DNA from: Basidiobolus meristosporus CBS 931.73
Lineage: Eukaryota; Fungi; Basidiobolomycota
Length of the DNA stretch: 61,581 nucleotides
Assembly: GCA_002104905.1 (NCBI GenBank)
Contig: MCFE01000534.1
Span: 1-61,581, forward strand
Reading direction: 5' to 3'
Part shown: positions 57,166 through 61,581 of the stretch, in pieces
How the letters are laid out: every line of letters starts with the position of its first letter
Numbering within the stretch: position 1 is the stretch's first letter
Translations under genes and position numbers: made by a program
The notes under the pieces: model-generated
What the model was told of the DNA's origin: nothing
Database searches by the model: none
The model's input: only the letters and a program-made list of their open reading frames with translations

Positions 57166-57309
57166 TTAGGGTTAGGGGAGGGAAAGTCACCAAGTTGGTG
57201 AAATCTTTATTTGAGTAGGGGGGATGATCATCACCAAAGGGTGAAATCTTTATTTAAATAATAAATAAAGAAGCCAAGTTTGAATATGAATATCTGAGAT
57301 GCAGGAAGC

Positions 57310-58110
57310 CTACAAGATAAACTTGGACTTTGCTGCATCCCAAATATCCTCAATATCAAAGTCTAGAGGAGAGTGTAGCAAGAGTGCTTGTTCATTGTAG
57401 TGTTTCTTGAGGAAGTTTGTGACTTGAAGGGAAGGAGAGTTTTTCAACAAGCTGGTAAATCTTTTGAGGAGTTCTTTTTCCAGAGAGAATGGCACAAAGA
57501 GTGGAATGTCCAAGTGATGTCTGAATATATGCTCTGAGAGCTCCCAATCCAGCATATTTTTGACTTCTTCTGTAAAATCTTCAACAATATCTTTGTCAAG
57601 AATAACTTCCAAGAGATCCCTAGCAATGTACTGAATGTTAATAATCTTAGGCATATGAATACCTAGGTCCTTGAGGTAGTTTCTTTGTTCTGATATTGGG
57701 AGATATCCTGCATTTCTGAAATAGCAAACAGCCCAGTTGGCAGTAGGAGGAGTATCAGGGCTGACAGGGAATCTTCTTCTGGCTTTAGAGTGCACTGGCT
57801 TAGGAGACTGTCTTGATGGAAGGGCAGCTGGTCTTGGATGAGCTTGAAGTGCTTGAGCGTAGGTCTGAGTATAAGTAGTAGAAGTTCCTGGTTGCCAAGA
57901 ATTTTCAGATTGACTGGATGAAGAGCTAATTGAGGAGTTGCAAGGTAAGGAAGAAGCTGAAAGAGAAGTGGAGAGGGCTGGGTGAAGTTCAGAAAGAGTT
58001 TTGAAAAGAATTTGGATCTGAGATTTCAACATTGAGTTTTCAGCTTCAAGAAGAGAAACTCTTTGTTCAAGGTAAGAAGTCTGTAGAGAGTGAAAGTTGG
58101 GTAAAGACAT
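57310..58110 (-). CDS. Intact LINE ORF1/Gag-like protein (266 aa) on its own unit C2 (57216-58210)
   Basis: N-terminal coiled coil (LEQRVSLLEAENSMLKSQI), TYAQAL motif, S/P-rich linker, RRM-like VCYF...LKDLGI...IINIQY...LEVIL. The stop is followed by about 55 nt and the shared tail. Confidence 0.75.
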   Translation of the reverse strand: MSLPNFHSLQTSYLEQRVSLLEAENSMLKSQIQILFKTLSELHPALSTSLSASSLPCNSSISSSSSQSENSWQPGTSTTYTQTYAQALQAHPRPAALPSRQSPKPVHSKARRRFPVSPDTPPTANWAVCYFRNAGYLPISEQRNYLKDLGIHMPKIINIQYIARDLLEVILDKDIVEDFTEEVKNMLDWELSEHIFRHHLDIPLFVPFSLEKELLKRFTSLLKNSPSLQVTNFLKKHYNEQALLLHSPLDFDIEDIWDAAKSKFIL

Positions 58111-58210
58111 GGAAGTAATAAATAAGAAGAATGGAGTAGTTGGGGTGGGAGGGTGGGAAAATAGGTAAGAAGAAAAGAGAGGAAAGATCTGAAATTGAAA
58201 ATCTCAGAAT

Positions 58211-58745
58211 TTAGGGTTAGGGGGGAGGAAAGTCACCAAGTGGTGAAATCTTTATTTACTTATGACAAGTATCTAAAGAAGCCAAGTTAATCTGAAGTTA
58301 TTCCTAGAAAGCTAGGTCTGAGAGATATGTTCCTGGTAAGCCAGGTCTGAGAGTTGAGAGGCTGAGTGGTACTATATTTCCTAGTTAGCTAGGTCTGAGA
58401 GAGGTTTCCTGGAAAGCCAGGCCTGAGAAGTGAGAATCTGAATATATCTGAGCTAAGTTATACTAGTTTGCGGTAGCTGAATTGTGGCCAGAATGGCCAG
58501 TAGACTGGGGGAACTGAGAGGAATTTCTGGGCAATCACTGGCCAAATTTACTAGGCAAATCTGGCCAATTAGCATTTCAAGGATTTCAGCCAATCAGAGC
58601 CTTTACTTTGCCCAATGGTTGATCAAGCCATCTCCCAATGAGCACACATCAATTTATTAATCAAATTTTTGCTGGATCCAGGATTTGAACCCACAACCAT
58701 GGGTATGGAAGGGTTAGGGATAACCACAAGGCTAAGTGTTCTTGG
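58211..58745 (-). mobile_element. Full-length tRNA-headed SINE (unit B, about 530 bp)
   Basis: The 5' end on the minus strand reads TAGCCTTGTGGTTA (A box)...GGTTGTGGGTTCAAATCCTGG (B box/T-arm); non-coding body; shared 3' module. Confidence 0.75.
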
Positions 58746-61581
58746 TTAGGGGGGGAGACAGTCACCGACAGGTGAAATCTTTATTTCAGTTGAAACAAAG
58801 AAGCCAGCGCTACTGTTGTAGCTTTGATACAAGAGTGTGTAGCTGAGGGGAATTTGTAGGTAAGTTAATAAGAAGTGATGATAGTTCTTCAGTGCTCAAG
58901 ACACTGTTCAGTGGGAAGGGGGGTAGCAAGAGAGGTAAGAATGACTTGTGAACAACATTAATGAGGGGAATGTGATAAGGATTGATATTCATCATAAAGG
59001 GAGTGTGCTGCTGCAGATATTGCTGCCAAAGGTCTGTCAAGTACTTCAGGTAGGCCAGCTTGGGTTTTTCTGACTGCAGAATATAGTGAGCAAACTTCTT
59101 GACTTCAGGATCTCCAAGTATAGTTCTCCAGCAGGAGCCAGGTGTTGTGTGGTGTGTTCTCTTCCAGGCCTTAATCAGTGGGTTGTTGCAGTTGTGAAGT
59201 CTGAGGTATAATCTGGTTCTAGGGTAGAGAAGTCTGATCTTATAGGGCATAAACCCAAAAGCACCAAGAATAGCATGTCTGTAGGGGCATTCAGGCAAAT
59301 GAGGCACTAAGGAGGTAATGCACCATACTGCAAACTTGTCAAGCTTAGTGCAGTCTCTAGAAGTAAGAGAGAGAAGTGGTAAGCCAAATTCCAGGACAGG
59401 GAAGACAAACTGCTTGAGTAGAAGGAGGCAGCTGGGAGCTGAAGTTGTAGGAGGAGTAACAGCCAGTAGCTTGTGGAGTGCCTGTCTTGCCAGGATAATT
59501 CGCTTCTTCAGGTGTGCTCCAGAGTCTAGTCCAGTAGGAAGGAAAGGAAAGCCAAGATATGTAGCAGAAACCTGAGCAGGTAGAGTGGAGTTCTCCAAGT
59601 TGATGGGAGAGCCCAAAGGTACTGTCTTTGCAATGGAAAGCTGGAGATTATTCTTCTGCAGATACTGGTGGATGGTCTGGGAGTCTTGTTGCACATTGGA
59701 GGAGGATATTCTGATGTCATCAGCAAAGAGAGTAACCAGGCAGTCAGCTGAGAGTCTTGGGAAGTCATTCAGGAAGATGGCAAACAGTATAGGACCAAGT
59801 ACAGAGCCTTGAACCACTCCATTAGGAACTGAGAACACAGCTGATTGCTCACTTGGGTGCAGAATTCTTGCTTGTGGATCCAGAAACAGAGACCTGACAA
59901 GGAGGGTGAGAGAGGTACTGGAGAAGCATTGCAACTTGGACCAAAGCAGATTTCTGTCAACTGAATCAAAGGCCTTAGTAATATCAAACAGAACAGAGGG
60001 ATACTTGCACTGGAGAGAGTGATCTTGGCTAAGTATGACTGCATATTCCAAGGAGAGGCCAGGAACAAAGTCAAACTGTGCAGGATGAAACTTGAGAGAG
60101 TCAGAGTAGAGCTCCTGAGCAAGCAGAAGCTCAAACACCTTTCTGCAGGTGGGCAGCAGAGATATTGGCCTGTAGGAGCTAGGATCCAGGTGCTTTCCTT
60201 TACCCTTGTACAGTGGCAGAACATTTGCAAAGGACCATTCCTCAGGAGTAGAAAGCTGGGCTGAGCATTGCTGAAACAGTGGAAGCAGAAGTGCAGACAT
60301 GGCCTTGGTACTAGTCTTCAGAAGCTCATAGGAGATTGTGTCCACACCTGGAGCAGTAGAGTTGGGAAGCCTCTTGAGCACATTATGGATTCTCCTTTGA
60401 TCAAGTGCAAGTGGGATGGGCAGAGTCTGAAGTCAGGATGAAAGCCAGGAGTTGAGTACTGCTTTGTAGAGAAGAAGATGTTAGCCAGCTGTTCTGTTGA
60501 AGGTAACTTCCTGGAAGAGGGCCTCATTGCCCTGTAGAGTCTTGATACTGTTCTTGTTATAGAGTTGGAAGATTGCAGAGGCAAAGAACTCATAATATGA
60601 TCCCAGAGCTGAGTATGCAGAGTGTGGTGAATTGCCTTGGAGTGGTGTATTGCTGTCAGGAGGAGTTTCTTTGTTTTTGGGTTAGGGAAGCTCAGGTAGC
60701 TTTGTTGCAGGGCTGAAACAATGGATTCCCATTTTCTTGAGGTAACAGCAGTAGTCTTGCATGGCAGTGAGAGGGAGGCAGACACCAGAATCAGATGCTT
60801 CACAAAGAGCCAGGCAAAGTTGAGATCATCTGGCAGAGAAAGTAGCAAACTGGCAAGCTTCAAGTAGTTCCCAAAGTCTTTCTTCTGATTCTTGGTAGCT
60901 TTGTGGGTGAGCACAGTAAGTTTTGGCAGCTTCTTCTTCACAACTGGTTGCATAGAAAGGGACCAGGCTGGGTGGTCAGAGGCTCTCAAGGATCCTAGCT
61001 CAGCTCCAGAGAATTGCTTAACTTCATTCACAAAGTAGAGGGCAGCAGCAGAAGGGCAGATCCAGTCAACACATCTTTTCTCAGATTGAGCACCTAGTGC
61101 TAGCAGGTGGCTTTCTCTCAGGAAGTTCAGTAGGAATGTAGACCTTGGCTTCATTCTTGCAGTCAGAATAGTCTTGTTCTCAGGATGGGGAATGTTGAGA
61201 TCTCCAAGCAAGATAACAGGTGTTGATATAGATTGTTGGTATTGCTGAACCTTCTGGCATATAACTTGCACTTCCTGAAGGGCTAGACTTGGAGGCAGAT
61301 AGCAGAGCACCAGACTGATAGTTGGCAACTGGAGAGCAGCACAGTAAGGGGAGTAAAGAGGAACACAGAGCTGAGGAATATTGATGGTAGAAGAGATGAA
61401 GCAGATAGAGGAGGTATTCTTTGTTCTAGGAGTAGAAAAGCAATATAGATTAGTCAAAAGTATAGAGGGTAGCTGGACATCAATCAAACACAGGAGGGAA
61501 AATCTTGAAAGAAGTCTCTCTAGAGTTGGTCTTGATGGCTGTATGCTGTTGCAGTTAAGCAACAGAACTTCAGGTAGTCAG
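58746..61581 (-). mobile_element. LINE unit A: APE endonuclease-reverse transcriptase ORF2 with one frameshift near 60430; runs off the window
   Basis: APE: LNCNS, LLCLID, YLPP, VILLGDLN, VDWI, SDH. RT: APGVDTI, YRPISLL, DITKAFDSV, GVVQGSVLGPILF, LFADD, YLG. Confidence 0.95.

Larger units (their letters stand above)
54204..61581 (-). mobile_element. Head-to-tail array of telomere-repeat-associated non-LTR retroelements (12 shared 3' ends)
   Basis: Plus-strand motif (T)TAGGG[TTAGGG]G..A(A/C)AGTCACC-N4-6-GGTGAAATCTTTATTT, with minor variants, at 54204, 54244, 54570, 54964, 55763, 56054, 56924, 56971, 57163, 57216, 58211 and 58746, all in one polarity. Confidence 0.92.

Noticed and set aside
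58295-58430. Hammerhead ribozymes in unit B
   Set aside because: The repeats read CTGAGAG, not CTGAnGA, and I found no correctly placed GAAA core on either strand.
58660-58745. Functional tRNA gene
   Set aside because: The D-stem and acceptor stem do not pair, the T-arm is CpG-decayed, and it is fused to a retro-tail; treated as a SINE head.
54204-58790. Recurrent ~45-nt hairpin motif as a CRISPR array
   Set aside because: Spacing is irregular (40-1000 nt), the intervening sequences are retroelement bodies, the context is eukaryotic and there are no cas genes.
58746-61581. Penelope-like (Athena/Coprina) or telomerase RT
   Set aside because: The N-terminal APE domain and RT motifs (PGxD, YRPISLL, KAFDSV, QGS.LGP.LF, FADD) are LINE-type.

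Overview
Intron-rich fungal genomic DNA. Short GT-AG introns, Tra2, a metazoan-type 4E-BP, a full intersectin-L and cAMP-receptor-like GPCRs suggest an early-diverging lineage such as Zoopagomycota or Mucoromycota (inference). Three gene-dense, CpG-normal blocks carry a C2H2 TF, Tra2, 4E-BP, an Hmo1-like HMG gene, ALG10, AP-1 sigma, two GPCRs, an F-box/RCC1 gene, intersectin, a pepsin, a small secreted protein and an ABCC transporter. Two CpG-depleted graveyards (5.6-14.4 kb and 40.6-48.3 kb) hold nested Ty1/copia LTRs with half-tRNA primer sites, CACTA-like debris and a foldback element. The standout is 54.2 kb to the window end: a head-to-tail, single-polarity array of at least 12 retro-inserted 3' ends, each joined to TTAGGG(TTAGGG). 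Five unrelated bodies share one conserved 3' hairpin module: an APE-RT LINE, two ORF1/Gag-only units (HeT-A-like), a tRNA-headed SINE and an unknown unit. The array starts on a broken copia LTR, and several junctions show 1-4 nt microhomology to the telomere repeat. This looks like a multipartite telomere-associated retroelement system. Exon boundaries were read by eye, so coordinates may be off by a few nt.
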